A DNA stretch of 64,000 bases from a bacterium. GTDB taxonomy: Bacteria > Patescibacteriota > CPR2 > UBA1875 > JAJYID01. The translations under genes and the position numbers were made by a program. Under the pieces are notes generated by a model that was given only the letters and a program-made list of their open reading frames with translations, was not told where the DNA came from and did not search any database. The DNA is taken from positions 11,163 through 75,162 of the forward strand of contig JAUSJO010000006.1 of assembly GCA_030647205.1 (NCBI GenBank), given 5' to 3'. How positions within the stretch are numbered: the first letter of the stretch is position 1; each line of letters begins with the position of its first letter. Below, one piece after another: positions 10,346-20,827 of this stretch.

Positions 10346-11377
10346 TTAGAGTATAAACATCCCATCACCATAGGAGTAGAACCTATATCCCCGCTCAATC
10401 GCCTCTTTATAAACTCCTATCACTTTTTCTCTAGTCCAAAAAGCGCTTACCAAGAGTAAAAGTGATGACTTTGGTGTGTGAAAGTTCGTAATCATCGCGT
10501 CAACGAATCCGAACTTGTAACCAGGGTAAATGTAGATATTTGTTTCTCCTGATTTCGGCTTTAAAATACCGTTTTCTTGACATGACTCCAAAACCCTAAC
10601 GGTCGTTGTACCAACAGCAATGATTCTCCGGCCTTCTTTCTTTGCCTTGTTCAATTTGTTAGCTAAATCCACTGGCAGATCAAAGTATTCTGAGTGAATT
10701 TTGTGGTCCTCAATATTCTTAGTGCGAATCGGCTCAAAGGTCCCAAGCCCGACATGAAGGTCGACAAATCCTATATCACAGCCTTTATCCTCAATCTTCC
10801 GCATCAACTCGCTCGTAAAATGCAGTCCTGCCGTTGGCGCGGCAGAAGAACCCGGTTTATCTGCATAGATAGGTTGATAATCAGTAACGTCAGCTCGCTC
10901 ATCATGTTTCTCGTGACGCGCTTTTAAGATGTACGGTGGCAGTGGCATCTCTCCAATACGTTCAACTTCTCTCCAGAAACCATCACTGGAAAGATTGAAT
11001 TTTAATCTGAATACCCCTTCTATAACATCAACCACTTCCGCACTAAACCCATCGCTAAACTGAATCTCTGACCCAAGCCTTAGCCTCTTCCCCGGCCTTG
11101 CCATTGCCTGCCAGATACCGTGATCATCTTTAACCAACAGGACTTCAACGTTCTTCTCCCCAATCTGACCAAACAATCTTGCGGGGATAACTTTGGAGCT
11201 GTTAAAAACTAAGAAATCTCCCTTTTGCAAGAAATTCGGGAGATCATAAAAATGAGAATGGATGATTTTCCCTGTTTTTCTATCCGCTACTAAAAGATTC
11301 GCTGAGTCTCGCGGATCAGCCGGATGGGTAGCTATAAGATCTTCAGGCAAGTTAAAATCAAAGTCTCTAAGCAGCAT
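10346..11377 (-). CDS. queA: S-adenosylmethionine:tRNA ribosyltransferase-isomerase QueA
   Basis: MLLRDFDFNLPEDLIATHPA... N-terminus and full-length similarity pattern to QueA (343 aa). Confidence 0.85.
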   Translation of the reverse strand: MLLRDFDFNLPEDLIATHPADPRDSANLLVADRKTGKIIHSHFYDLPNFLQKGDFLVFNSSKVIPARLFGQIGEKNVEVLLVKDDHGIWQAMARPGKRLRLGSEIQFSDGFSAEVVDVIEGVFRLKFNLSSDGFWREVERIGEMPLPPYILKARHEKHDERADVTDYQPIYADKPGSSAAPTAGLHFTSELMRKIEDKGCDIGFVDLHVGLGTFEPIRTKNIEDHKIHSEYFDLPVDLANKLNKAKKEGRRIIAVGTTTVRVLESCQENGILKPKSGETNIYIYPGYKFGFVDAMITNFHTPKSSLLLLVSAFWTREKVIGVYKEAIERGYRFYSYGDGMFIL

Positions 11378-11378
11378 T

Positions 11379-11672
11379 CTAAAAGTTTAAGAATGGGTTT
11401 TTTGTTATATAACCAGGATTTTCTATACCTGAAGTGTCATATGTTGTATCAAAAAGTTTTTTTGTCCGGTTCTTATCAAAGGTGGCTGAAAGATTATCAA
11501 CTTCCTGCTTCGCAGTCGATACAACGTTTGCATCAGGTGCACGGTTTAAAAGAAAATATCCAAATGCGACAATAGATAACCCTACAACCAAAAAAACGAC
11601 TATAAAAATATAGGGCATCTTTTTTGAAAGATCCAACTCCGGTTTTTTAAAACTAATCGATGGTGTTTTCAT
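11379..11672 (-). CDS. Small membrane protein at the end of the pilus cluster (PilP-like position), hypothetical
   Basis: ORF track. Single TM segment. Position immediately after pilO. Confidence 0.35.
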   Translation of the reverse strand: MKTPSISFKKPELDLSKKMPYIFIVVFLVVGLSIVAFGYFLLNRAPDANVVSTAKQEVDNLSATFDKNRTKKLFDTTYDTSGIENPGYITKNPFLNF

Positions 11673-12265
11673 TTTTTTAAGTATGCGTTAACTTGTAAAA
11701 CTGCGTCAACCACATCTCCGGAAACGGTGATATCTTTAGAATATTTTACATCTCTTATTTCAACCAACCTGCCATAGTTTTCCATGTCTTTAAGCACCGA
11801 GTTAACGCCAGCATAGCTCCCGTGCAAAGTCACTTGGAACGGGAATATGTTGTAACCGTCAGCCTTTTGCGTCTGCGAACCATCCGGTTTGTCTTTTGAT
11901 GAGGAAGCACTTTTGCTTTGAGACCCTCCGACTTGGTAGGCACTAAAACTCAGTAAATTTTTGGTAGCCATGCCCTCTATATCTTTTAGAATCTTAGATA
12001 CTTCTTTCTCTTCCGGCAAATATTGCTCTAACTTGCTCTCCTCCAAAGACATGTCTCTCAAACTTCCCTCGAGTCCCGCCAAGGCCTCTATTTTCTTGTT
12101 ATTGTTCATTGAGATATATTTGTTTTTGCTGACTTCACGGCTGACATTGTTTAAAGCAAATATAAGGTAAGCACTTGCTAACAGGGTTACACAAACTACT
12201 CCCCCCAAGAACATGTAGAGCATCTTGTGAAATGACTTTGCGTTTAAGCCTTTTTCGTTTTTCAT
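11669..12265 (-). CDS. pilO: Type IV pilus assembly protein PilO-like
   Basis: N-terminal TM then coiled-coil then a periplasmic domain. It follows pilM-pilN in the conserved order. Confidence 0.55.
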   Translation of the reverse strand: MKNEKGLNAKSFHKMLYMFLGGVVCVTLLASAYLIFALNNVSREVSKNKYISMNNNKKIEALAGLEGSLRDMSLEESKLEQYLPEEKEVSKILKDIEGMATKNLLSFSAYQVGGSQSKSASSSKDKPDGSQTQKADGYNIFPFQVTLHGSYAGVNSVLKDMENYGRLVEIRDVKYSKDITVSGDVVDAVLQVNAYLKK

Positions 12266-12864
12266 TTTGTCGCTCCTTTTAAAGTCGCACTCTTTTCCAG
12301 TTTTGCGTTCATAGTAAAGATGTTTACTGTCGTTCCTTGTTTGACCGGATCATCGGTTTCTTTTATCGAGTCAATGTTAACATCTGAAAAGGCGTCTGTA
12401 TTCTCCAGAGCATCCCGGAAAAGCCCTATATCGTTTTTTACTTTTGCATAGCCTGAAATTTTCAGTGTATCATTTTGAGTTTCCACAATAGAAAGGTATA
12501 TGCCTTCAGGAGTATTTTTATCCAAATACAGATCAAATTTGGTGAAATATTTATAACCCAACCTTATTTTATCAATGCTTTTTGCCTTATCATCGATTTT
12601 TTTCTTTTCCTCAATTATCGGCTTATAGTTATCAATAACCTTGCTTGATTCATCTATTTCTTTAAGGAAAAATCTATTACTGTTTAAAAGAGATACTCCG
12701 CAAATCAGAAATGCCACCAAAGCAAACAAGCAAAGCAAGACAACCACTTTAAGATATCTCAAAGCTATTTTGTTTTTTCTGGAGAAGCTGATATTCTCCT
12801 TTAGGTCTTCCGGCAAAAGATTGATGGTAATCATTTTACGCTCCCTCCAATGAGCGAAGCGCAA
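12262..12864 (-). CDS. pilN: Type IV pilus assembly protein PilN
   Basis: INLLP motif near the N-terminus, a single TM segment, and a position downstream of pilM. Confidence 0.65.
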   Translation of the reverse strand: MRFAHWRERKMITINLLPEDLKENISFSRKNKIALRYLKVVVLLCLFALVAFLICGVSLLNSNRFFLKEIDESSKVIDNYKPIIEEKKKIDDKAKSIDKIRLGYKYFTKFDLYLDKNTPEGIYLSIVETQNDTLKISGYAKVKNDIGLFRDALENTDAFSDVNIDSIKETDDPVKQGTTVNIFTMNAKLEKSATLKGATK

Positions 12865-13945
12865 GCCCTATAGCGTTTGCAAATGCAGGAGCTTCAGACT
12901 TCGGTACGGGTTTCAAGGGATAAGTGTCAATATTTACCCATGGATTGCCTATTTTGACTTCTATACCTAGAGAATTTGCCAAGTACTCTGTAAGACCTAC
13001 AAGGTTTGATGCTCCGCCGCATAGAACCACCTTGGCTGTTTTTTTCTCAAACCTTTCATCGTGATATTTGATAACTTTTTGCATTTCGTTATTTAGATTT
13101 TCCAGCTCCGGCTGCAACAAGCTTTCTATTTTTTTATCTTTTAGCCCCTTAGAAAACAGCAACTTATCTGCCTCTTTCTTCTCAACTTTTAATCCTGAAA
13201 TTATAAGATCAATCCACGCTTTCCCGCCTATATCAAGACTGTCTGAAAGCCTGAGCGTATGGTCATAAAAGCCAAGGTTTGTGGATCTCGCTCCGATATC
13301 GGCAACCAACATCACTTCATCATGCTCTTTGTTTGAAACAAGTGCTCTGATAACAGACACGAGGCTAGTTTCTATCGCTTCCGGCTGCAAGCCTAGTCTC
13401 TCAAAAAGCTGAACATACGAGTTTACTATTGCAAGCGGTGCCGCAACCAAAAGAACATCATTCATATCTTCTTTGGTAGCAGACGGCCCCAAAACCTGAA
13501 AGTCAATCGTAAGGTCAGTCAAAGCCATAGGGATTGACTGGTCAGCCTCCCACATTACCGCTTCTTTAAGCTCCTTCTCGGCTAACTTAGGCAACTCCAG
13601 AACTCTGGTAAAAATATTTTTATCAGGGATAGAGGCGATAACCTTCTCTACTGAAAACTTACCTTCCTGTGTTTCGGTCATCATTTCCCTAATAATTTTC
13701 ACCATTTTATCGTGATCGGAAATAATGCCTTCTATTACAAGATTATCAGGGAGCTCTCTGGACTCATAGCCCATAAGTTTGGTGAGTGACTTCTTTTTCT
13801 TCAGCTGGACAATCTTAACAGAGCTGGCACCAATATCCAGCCCCAAACAATCCTTCTGCTTATATATAAGTTCCTGTTTCGACAAAAGTCTTCCCTCCTT
13901 ACCACTTCTGATTATAAAGAATAAGCCGTGTTTGGTAAATGACAA
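12836..13945 (-). CDS. pilM: Type IV pilus assembly ATPase-like protein PilM (actin-like fold)
   Basis: LGLDIGASSVKIVQL N-terminal actin/FtsA-like motif, ~350 aa, in pilMNO order. Confidence 0.75.
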   Translation of the reverse strand: MSFTKHGLFFIIRSGKEGRLLSKQELIYKQKDCLGLDIGASSVKIVQLKKKKSLTKLMGYESRELPDNLVIEGIISDHDKMVKIIREMMTETQEGKFSVEKVIASIPDKNIFTRVLELPKLAEKELKEAVMWEADQSIPMALTDLTIDFQVLGPSATKEDMNDVLLVAAPLAIVNSYVQLFERLGLQPEAIETSLVSVIRALVSNKEHDEVMLVADIGARSTNLGFYDHTLRLSDSLDIGGKAWIDLIISGLKVEKKEADKLLFSKGLKDKKIESLLQPELENLNNEMQKVIKYHDERFEKKTAKVVLCGGASNLVGLTEYLANSLGIEVKIGNPWVNIDTYPLKPVPKSEAPAFANAIGLALRSLEGA

Positions 13946-13948
13946 TTG

Positions 13949-15202
13949 CTAAGGCGGTGTTATCTCTTGCCATTCTTTTATACTCCATGTGCCGCCAGGT
14001 CCGCCCGCAAAGTTAACGTTAGCCAAACCCGATTCATAGTCTATCTTACCACCACCCGTAAGATACAGTGTCTGTCCTGTCATGGCAACGATCTTGCCTC
14101 CTCCGGAAAATTTCATCGATCCGTAATATGCGTAAAGCGCAAGTTTTTCGGCCTCAAGACCACCCGTAAAACCTATAGCCGAACTGCCCTCAGAGTTTTC
14201 TGTACTAGTTGAAATAAAAAGTATATAAGCATTACTTGAATTGCTCAAAAATTTTGATTTTGTAGAACCTGCTCCTATATCTATTTTGCCATCCACTATT
14301 ACAATGGTTCCATTTGACCCCATTGAATCGTCAATCTTCCAATAACCGCCAGTAAGAGTGAGATTTCCATGTATATACAGAGGCCCGAGCAAATTTATCT
14401 TTTGACTAGTGCTTGACATATTCATGTCTCCCACAATCTCCTTAGGTCCAAGGTCTGTATACGTCCCAGTTGAAGGAGGCGAATAGTTACCCGATATAGT
14501 TCCACCAGCTCTGGCTATGTTTTTCCATGAATTTAAATCAATCTGAGGGAGATCAACTGGACTGGCAGGAGATGTTTTTACCCCGTCTATTGTATCATGA
14601 GGATCGGATATACTTCCCACCGCCCAAGCATCTCCTCTATCATGAATATTCGCAGAGGCAGCAGAAACAGAAATTCCGCCGTTTGAATACAGACTACCCT
14701 CAACCTCCGCATTACCAGTTACAAATATCCCGCCGCTTCCGGCTTGAATCGCATAGTTAAACGAAGCATTCTCAGTAACCGGTTTGTCGCTAATCTTCAC
14801 CTTTATAGCCTTTTTGAACTTCGGATTTGCCTTTGTAGGAACGTAGGCAGTAGAAATAATATATTTATTGCCGGGGTCAATGGGGGTAACGGTGACATCA
14901 AACTCTCCACCTGAAATACTTGAGTTACCGGTTTCTCCTGAATAAGAAAGGTTATGACCTTTTAGCTCCCACATGGCCTTGTTAACCCCCGCTTCAGCGA
15001 TGTTCAGGGCAATATTCTTTTGATAAGATCGGCTAACAGATAGCCTGTTTTCAAGAGAAAGAGCTGCGGCCGCTAGTAGAAAAGAAGAAAGCACTGTCAG
15101 CATAATGACAAAAACTGCAATTATAGACCCCCGACTATTTCTAATATATTGAAATCTGATGTCTCTACTCACTATTCCTCCTTTTAGCCTCTGCCGTAAC
15201 AT
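13949..15202 (-). CDS. Pilus-associated large protein (putative PilX/PilY-like minor pilin or tip adhesin), N-terminal TM and a Gly/Ser/Thr-rich beta-rich body
   Basis: ORF track. A hydrophobic N-terminal segment followed by repetitive G/S/T/N-rich sequence. Located between pseudopilins and pilM. Confidence 0.4.
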   Translation of the reverse strand: MLRQRLKGGIVSRDIRFQYIRNSRGSIIAVFVIMLTVLSSFLLAAAALSLENRLSVSRSYQKNIALNIAEAGVNKAMWELKGHNLSYSGETGNSSISGGEFDVTVTPIDPGNKYIISTAYVPTKANPKFKKAIKVKISDKPVTENASFNYAIQAGSGGIFVTGNAEVEGSLYSNGGISVSAASANIHDRGDAWAVGSISDPHDTIDGVKTSPASPVDLPQIDLNSWKNIARAGGTISGNYSPPSTGTYTDLGPKEIVGDMNMSSTSQKINLLGPLYIHGNLTLTGGYWKIDDSMGSNGTIVIVDGKIDIGAGSTKSKFLSNSSNAYILFISTSTENSEGSSAIGFTGGLEAEKLALYAYYGSMKFSGGGKIVAMTGQTLYLTGGGKIDYESGLANVNFAGGPGGTWSIKEWQEITPP

Positions 15203-15758
15203 TGATTGTTTGCGTCTGCCCTTGACCGGTGTTTTGGATTGTTAGACTAGTATTTACCATGGTACTACTTGGCGGCGCCTGGTCATAGGAAAATACTAAA
15301 GAACTAACATTATCTAAAATTACCTGATCCAGGTTATTTTGTCCATGGAGCCGACTGCTCACATTATCCGACAAGACCAGCTTATGAAGATTACTTCCCT
15401 CTATGTAATAGATGATATGGTCATACACTTTCTGTGAACCGCTGTAAAGAAAGATGTCTGAGTTATCAATGGCTGGTATGTCCAGAATAAGTGTTGTCGC
15501 TCCGCCCGTATAACCGGCATACGCTTCTCCCACCTTAGCACTCAGTTTAACATTTTCATTGATACCTTCCAAAACGCTCTTTGATTCTACTTGCAACTTC
15601 GACTTTCGCATCTCTTTACCAGAAGAAATCGTCCCGTTCATATACATATCGCCAAGAACCACTACCATCATAGAGATGATCACGAGCGCAATCGTCACCT
15701 CAATAAGAGTGAATCCTTTTTTATTATCCTTAAAGTGAAATTTCATTTTTCCTCTCAA
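15165..15758 (-). CDS. Prepilin-type N-terminal cleavage/methylation domain protein (pseudopilin)
   Basis: KGFTLIEVTIALVIISMMVVVL class-III signal (G|FTLIE). Confidence 0.65.
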   Translation of the reverse strand: MRGKMKFHFKDNKKGFTLIEVTIALVIISMMVVVLGDMYMNGTISSGKEMRKSKLQVESKSVLEGINENVKLSAKVGEAYAGYTGGATTLILDIPAIDNSDIFLYSGSQKVYDHIIYYIEGSNLHKLVLSDNVSSRLHGQNNLDQVILDNVSSLVFSYDQAPPSSTMVNTSLTIQNTGQGQTQTINVTAEAKRRNSE

Positions 15759-15789
15759 TCCTCAATACTACATACTCAAATACCGGTCT

Positions 15790-16179
15790 TCATCTGGCTA
15801 TCAATGTAGTCAGAGTGACTGTTTCCGTTTTGTTTTTTTCGGTAAAGTTGACATCAACTTTAGCTTTTATGATATCTGTTTCTGCTAATCCGTCACCGTT
15901 TATATCGGTACTAATTGTAATTACACCGCTGCCTCTCGGGACAGAAGGTGTCTGGAATGTTCCGCTGGCAAGAGAATCAAAAGAAGTGTTCCTTAGATTT
16001 TCTATTTCTTTATGTGCCGCTTCATAGGCCTGAAGACGTGTTTTCGACTCAGCATTCTGGACCATGTTCTCGGTAATCATGGGGAGCAAAGTCACTACAA
16101 ATAGCGATAAGACAATAACTAAAATAATTACCTCCATCAAGGTCACTCCTTCTTGATTTTTCAAAAGAGCTCGTTTCAT
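15790..16179 (-). CDS. Prepilin-type pseudopilin
   Basis: EGVTLMEVIILVIVLSLFVV N-terminal prepilin motif. Confidence 0.6.
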   Translation of the reverse strand: MKRALLKNQEGVTLMEVIILVIVLSLFVVTLLPMITENMVQNAESKTRLQAYEAAHKEIENLRNTSFDSLASGTFQTPSVPRGSGVITISTDINGDGLAETDIIKAKVDVNFTEKNKTETVTLTTLIAR

Positions 16180-16250
16180 ATCTTCATTATAAACATTTCA
16201 GGAAATAAAAAACAGCCCCGATTAAATGAGCTGTTTTTTAAAACAGTATA

Positions 16251-16631
16251 CTACTGTTTGTTCTTCAGAGTTGTAAGAACGGTTGTTCCATCGTCCTTAT
16301 AGGCAATAAGAGTATAGTCAGCAGAACTAGCCTGTGAGTAAGAGTAAGCAGCGTTACTCTTCGGATCTACAGGAAGAGTAGTGTTAGCAAATTTACTCTG
16401 GACACAAGTGTTAGTTAAGCTTGCCGGATATGAGTTGGTGTTGTCAGTGAAACAATCCTCAAGAGCTGTTTGGATTCTTGAGATATCCGCATTCCTCTTA
16501 GCATCGTTAGCTTTTGATTTGTTACCACTTGTTGCGCCGATAACGATCAAAATAAGGATACCCAAGATAACAACAACTATCAAAAGTTCGATCAATGTAA
16601 AACCTTGTCTATTTTGTAACTTTTTTAACAT
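16251..16631 (-). CDS. pilA: Type IV major pilin PilA
   Basis: QGFTLIELLIVVVILGILILIVI canonical type IVa pilin N-terminus. 126 aa. Confidence 0.75.
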   Translation of the reverse strand: MLKKLQNRQGFTLIELLIVVVILGILILIVIGATSGNKSKANDAKRNADISRIQTALEDCFTDNTNSYPASLTNTCVQSKFANTTLPVDPKSNAAYSYSQASSADYTLIAYKDDGTTVLTTLKNKQ

Positions 16632-16741
16632 TTTTCACCTCCTTCCCGCCCTCCTTAGGCTTGCGCCTACCACCGGGTCTTTATATTTCGTTTGTGCTGT
16701 AATTATATGTTTAGCTTCTTAAGCTTGTCAATGACAAATAC

Positions 16742-17956
16742 TTAGTTGATATTTTGAGTTGCCGTATAAATCGGCGTGATAATGGAAATAACAATAAAAC
16801 CAATGGCGATCCCCACTACTATCATTATAACCGGCTCTATGATACTTGATATATTTTTGGTAAAGTTATCGATCTGGCGTTCATAAAACTCAGCCACTTT
16901 TATGAGCATCTTATCTAGATTACCAGTCTCTTCCCCGACTCCAACCATCTGAGAAACCATAACAGGGAAAACCTTCGATTGTTTCATCGGATCAGCAAGA
17001 GGAGAACCGTTTTTTACCTTTTCCGCAACTTTCCTCACCTCATCCGAAAAAACAACGTTTTTTGTGGAACGCGACACTACGTCTAGAGCCTCCAAAACAG
17101 AAACACCACTTGAAAGCAGAGAACCTAACGTTCTCGAAAACCTGGCCAGGTTGAACTTCAACGCAATCTTGCCGATAATGGGAAGTTTTAGAATAATTTT
17201 GTGCAAACCCCATTTCAGTTTCTCATTTTTTTGAAATGCAAGGTATACTCCAACTATGAGAGCAACTGCCCCAATAGCCATAAAAACGCCATATTTAAGC
17301 ATTGCACGACTTGTCCCTATTAAAATCACTGTTGAAAGAGGAAGTTTGGCTCCCAGTTCACTAAAGAGACCTGCTATGGAAGGAACAACCTTTACCATAA
17401 GGAAGATAACCGCCCCGATCATCGCCGTTAAAATAACAATTGGGTAAGTTAGAGCTCCCTTTATCTTTGCGACTAGCTCATGGTCTTTCTGTGTTTGTAC
17501 CGCAAGCTCTTCCAAGGTCTTATCGAGAGTTCCTCCTGTTTCACCACTTCTTACCATGTTGATAAATACCGGAGAAAAATATTTGGATTGTTTCTCAAGC
17601 GCCCCGGATAAAGACTGTCCGCCTTCAATGTCTCTAAGTATCCCATCTGAGATCTTCCTCATCGTACCTTTTGTGGACTGTTCTTTTATAATATTTATAG
17701 ACTGAGTAAGCGGGACACCGGAGTTTATGAGCGTTGAAAGCTCCTCACAAAACATCATTTTATCACCCAAAGAAAAATGATCAAAGATATTGATGCCTTT
17801 TAGTTTGCCGCCAACACTATTGTCTTTTGTTATGACAATAGGGGTAATGCCATTATTCCCCAGAAGTGTTGCCGCCTCATCTCGGTTGATAGCATCTATA
17901 ACGCCCTTTGCCGTGTTGCCATCCTTACCCTTGCCAGTGTAGTTAAACTTTGCCAT
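16742..17956 (-). CDS. pilC: Type IV pilus inner-membrane platform protein PilC (GspF family)
   Basis: 404 aa with two GspF repeats and three TM regions. It sits between pilB and pilA. Confidence 0.85.
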   Translation of the reverse strand: MAKFNYTGKGKDGNTAKGVIDAINRDEAATLLGNNGITPIVITKDNSVGGKLKGINIFDHFSLGDKMMFCEELSTLINSGVPLTQSINIIKEQSTKGTMRKISDGILRDIEGGQSLSGALEKQSKYFSPVFINMVRSGETGGTLDKTLEELAVQTQKDHELVAKIKGALTYPIVILTAMIGAVIFLMVKVVPSIAGLFSELGAKLPLSTVILIGTSRAMLKYGVFMAIGAVALIVGVYLAFQKNEKLKWGLHKIILKLPIIGKIALKFNLARFSRTLGSLLSSGVSVLEALDVVSRSTKNVVFSDEVRKVAEKVKNGSPLADPMKQSKVFPVMVSQMVGVGEETGNLDKMLIKVAEFYERQIDNFTKNISSIIEPVIMIVVGIAIGFIVISIITPIYTATQNIN

Positions 17957-19905
17957 TATTCCTGTGTTACCCTTATTATTTCTTCAATGGACGTGATACC
18001 GCCTAAAACTTTCGTAAAACCATCCTGGTACATATTTATAAATCCGGTTTTCCCTGCTTCTTCCACTAGCTCTTCTTCGGATGCTTTTCTAACTATCATA
18101 GAACCCATTTCATCGGTTATCTCTATGACTTCATAAATCCCGAGCCTACCTTTGTAACCGGTCTGCTCGCATTTATTACATCCTACGGGCTTATAAAGCT
18201 TTAGGGAAAACTTATCGGTTTTGCCCAGTTTTGATCTGCAAGACCTGGGGTCCGTTTTTGTAAATATTTCCTGGCGGACCTCTCTCCCTGTTTTTTCGGA
18301 AACTTTATCTAGCAGTTCTGTTTCTTCTTCTAGGATCTGTAGTATCGATTTCTTGCCAATCGACGCTTTGACTGACTCAATATCTTTAGATTCCAGCCCT
18401 AAATCATTGAGCTTCTTTTTTTCTTTATCGCCTGTTTCGATATTTAAAAGCTCTTCTTTCAAACCAAAATCACAAATAATTTTTTCGAGACCCTTGCCGT
18501 CTAGTGAATATTCCTCCCGACAATCAGGACAAAGCTTTCTCACTAAACGCTGACCGATTACTGTATTGACCGTAGAAGCAATCAGGAACGGCTCCGACCC
18601 CATATCTTCAAGTCTTGGTAGTGCACCGGCCGCTGAGTTTGTATGCAAGGTTGAAAGCACAACATGACCGGTCAAGGCGGCATGGATAGCCATCTCGGCC
18701 GTTTCTTTATCACGAACCTCTCCAACCATTATAACGTCCGGGTCTTGCCTTAGAAGCGCCCTTAGACCCGATGCAAAAGTCATGCCGACAGCAGTGTTTA
18801 CCTGGGTCTGATTCACACCCGGAATCCTATACTCTACCGGGTCCTCTACAGTCGAAATATTCACGCCGATATCGTTGATAAGCGTCAAGAGACTATACAG
18901 GGTAGTTGATTTTCCTGAGCCGGTCGGACCGGTGACAAGTGTCATTCCGTGCGCCCGGTGCAAATTCTTTTTGATAATTCCAAGCGCAAGGCCTCGAAAC
19001 CCTAGCTCCTCTAATGATGCCGCCTTTGTTGATTCATCTAGAATTCTCATCACAACTTTTTCACCATCCATGACAGGCAGGGTTGAAACACGGATTGAAA
19101 TATTTTTCCCGGCTAAGTTTAGCTTTATTCTCCCGTCCTGAGGTATACGATGTTCGTCAATTCTTAAGTTCGAAAGGATCTTTACCCTTGTCACTATCGA
19201 AGGGAGTATTTGCCTCGGCAGGGTCATGGTATCACGAAGAACACCATCAATTCTGTATCTAACTTGGATGAAAGTCTCTCTGGGTTCTATGTGGACGTCT
19301 GAAGCGCGTGACTTAACTGCGTACTCCAAGATTATATTCACTGCTCTTGCAATAGGAGCTTCCTGAACAATTTCCCGAACAGAATCAGCGGTGGCCGTAT
19401 CTTCAAGCTCTTCTTCCTCAATAGAAATTTCCTTGTTTTCCTGAATTGCCTTAGAAATTTCCTCTGAAAACTCTGCCTTATACTGATCTAAAACATAGTC
19501 AATCTCGGTTTGGGAAGTAATAAATATCTTTAGACTTTTCCCGAATTTCTTTTTTATGAACTGTGTCGCCTGGATGTCTTCCGGATCGCTCATGGCAAGT
19601 GAGAATTTGCCATCTTCACCTACCTCAAAAACAACCGTAGAGTACTTTCTTGCAATCTTCTCCGGAAGATTTTTTAAAACCTTTTTATCTACCTGGACTT
19701 CCGATAGGTCAACGTAACGGATTCCTATTTCTTCTCCGTAGAGTTTGGTAAGATCTCTGTCTGAGACAACCTTCTTGCTTATAAGGAGAGTCTGTAAATC
19801 AACCTTGCTTTCAGCAGCTTCTTTTTGATAATCACTAAACTTGTCCTCTGTTAAAAGGTTATTTTCAATTAAGAGTTTTTTCAGCTGATCTTCGTTTATA
19901 TGCAT
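17956..19905 (-). CDS. pilB: Type IV pilus assembly ATPase PilB (GspE family)
   Basis: Walker A GPTGSGKST, Asp box, His box, and a tetracysteine motif (CPDC...CNKC). 649 aa with an N-terminal GspII_E_N-like region. Confidence 0.85.
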   Translation of the reverse strand: MHINEDQLKKLLIENNLLTEDKFSDYQKEAAESKVDLQTLLISKKVVSDRDLTKLYGEEIGIRYVDLSEVQVDKKVLKNLPEKIARKYSTVVFEVGEDGKFSLAMSDPEDIQATQFIKKKFGKSLKIFITSQTEIDYVLDQYKAEFSEEISKAIQENKEISIEEEELEDTATADSVREIVQEAPIARAVNIILEYAVKSRASDVHIEPRETFIQVRYRIDGVLRDTMTLPRQILPSIVTRVKILSNLRIDEHRIPQDGRIKLNLAGKNISIRVSTLPVMDGEKVVMRILDESTKAASLEELGFRGLALGIIKKNLHRAHGMTLVTGPTGSGKSTTLYSLLTLINDIGVNISTVEDPVEYRIPGVNQTQVNTAVGMTFASGLRALLRQDPDVIMVGEVRDKETAEMAIHAALTGHVVLSTLHTNSAAGALPRLEDMGSEPFLIASTVNTVIGQRLVRKLCPDCREEYSLDGKGLEKIICDFGLKEELLNIETGDKEKKKLNDLGLESKDIESVKASIGKKSILQILEEETELLDKVSEKTGREVRQEIFTKTDPRSCRSKLGKTDKFSLKLYKPVGCNKCEQTGYKGRLGIYEVIEITDEMGSMIVRKASEEELVEEAGKTGFINMYQDGFTKVLGGITSIEEIIRVTQE

Positions 19906-19923
19906 TTGTCCCCTCCCAGAGAC

Positions 19924-20562
19924 TTAAATAGCGGTTTTCCCACCCGTATTTTCTTGTTCTGCGCTAGAACTATCCACTCCGGACTCTGGCACCACAGTGT
20001 CCGGTCCAGAAACTGATCGTACTTCTTCGGCGCCATATTTTTCCTTTATCTCCATTATTTTCTTTGCCGTAGCATACGGATCTTTGACTTTTTCAAAAGT
20101 AAAATTCATTTTCTCCCCGGCAGTCTGAACAACAATATCACCATAATGTAAAAATGACTGCAAAATACCGTGCTGGGTTGCAGAAACATCTTGAATGTCC
20201 TCAAGCGAAAGTTCTGATATTTTTCGTGAGAAAAGGCCGAGCTGATCTATATCAACAAGATTTTGATTCGTCACTATCTGAACATTCAGATAATTGACTA
20301 GCCATGAAACATATACAAAAAGAACAGTAAAAAGCATAAAGGTACTGACCAGTGCCACAGCGATTCCTGCTAAGGCATTATTTTCTGAAACCAAGCTCAC
20401 TCTCCCCATTTGTGAGTACAAGATTATACAAGATAAGATAACCACAACACCAAGTAACACTGGCGAAATATAAACTATCCAGTGCCTTCTTGTGATCATC
20501 AGCACCTCTTCTCCCTCCTTCTGGGTAGCAAAATATTTGCGATGGGGAATTATTTCTTCCAT
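19924..20562 (-). CDS. Membrane protein with bacterial PH-like (YdbS/DUF304-like) domain, hypothetical
   Basis: Two TM helices followed by a ~100-aa soluble domain. Family assignment is tentative. Confidence 0.4.
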   Translation of the reverse strand: MEEIIPHRKYFATQKEGEEVLMITRRHWIVYISPVLLGVVVILSCIILYSQMGRVSLVSENNALAGIAVALVSTFMLFTVLFVYVSWLVNYLNVQIVTNQNLVDIDQLGLFSRKISELSLEDIQDVSATQHGILQSFLHYGDIVVQTAGEKMNFTFEKVKDPYATAKKIMEIKEKYGAEEVRSVSGPDTVVPESGVDSSSAEQENTGGKTAI

Positions 20563-20564
20563 GA

Positions 20565-20780
20565 TTAAAAGTTAATCTCTATTGGCTCCGACCAGTTGAC
20601 TTGATAAAGCATAAAAAATGAAAATAACAAAATAGCTACGCTTGCCCAAACATAGATATAAATCCCAAGCTTCATTTTGCTCTTCGGATCATAATATTCG
20701 ATATTATGGTAAATGGCGACTCCCGAACCGATAATCCACAAAATCACGAAAACAAAATAAATAATCAGTATTATAAGCAT
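20565..20780 (-). CDS. Small (71-aa) two-TM membrane protein
   Basis: ORF track, strongly hydrophobic. Confidence 0.35.
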   Translation of the reverse strand: MLIILIIYFVFVILWIIGSGVAIYHNIEYYDPKSKMKLGIYIYVWASVAILLFSFFMLYQVNWSEPIEINF

Positions 20781-20827
20781 ATTCTAATTATAAACCTAAA
20801 TAGCTAAAATCAAAACTGAAAATCAGT

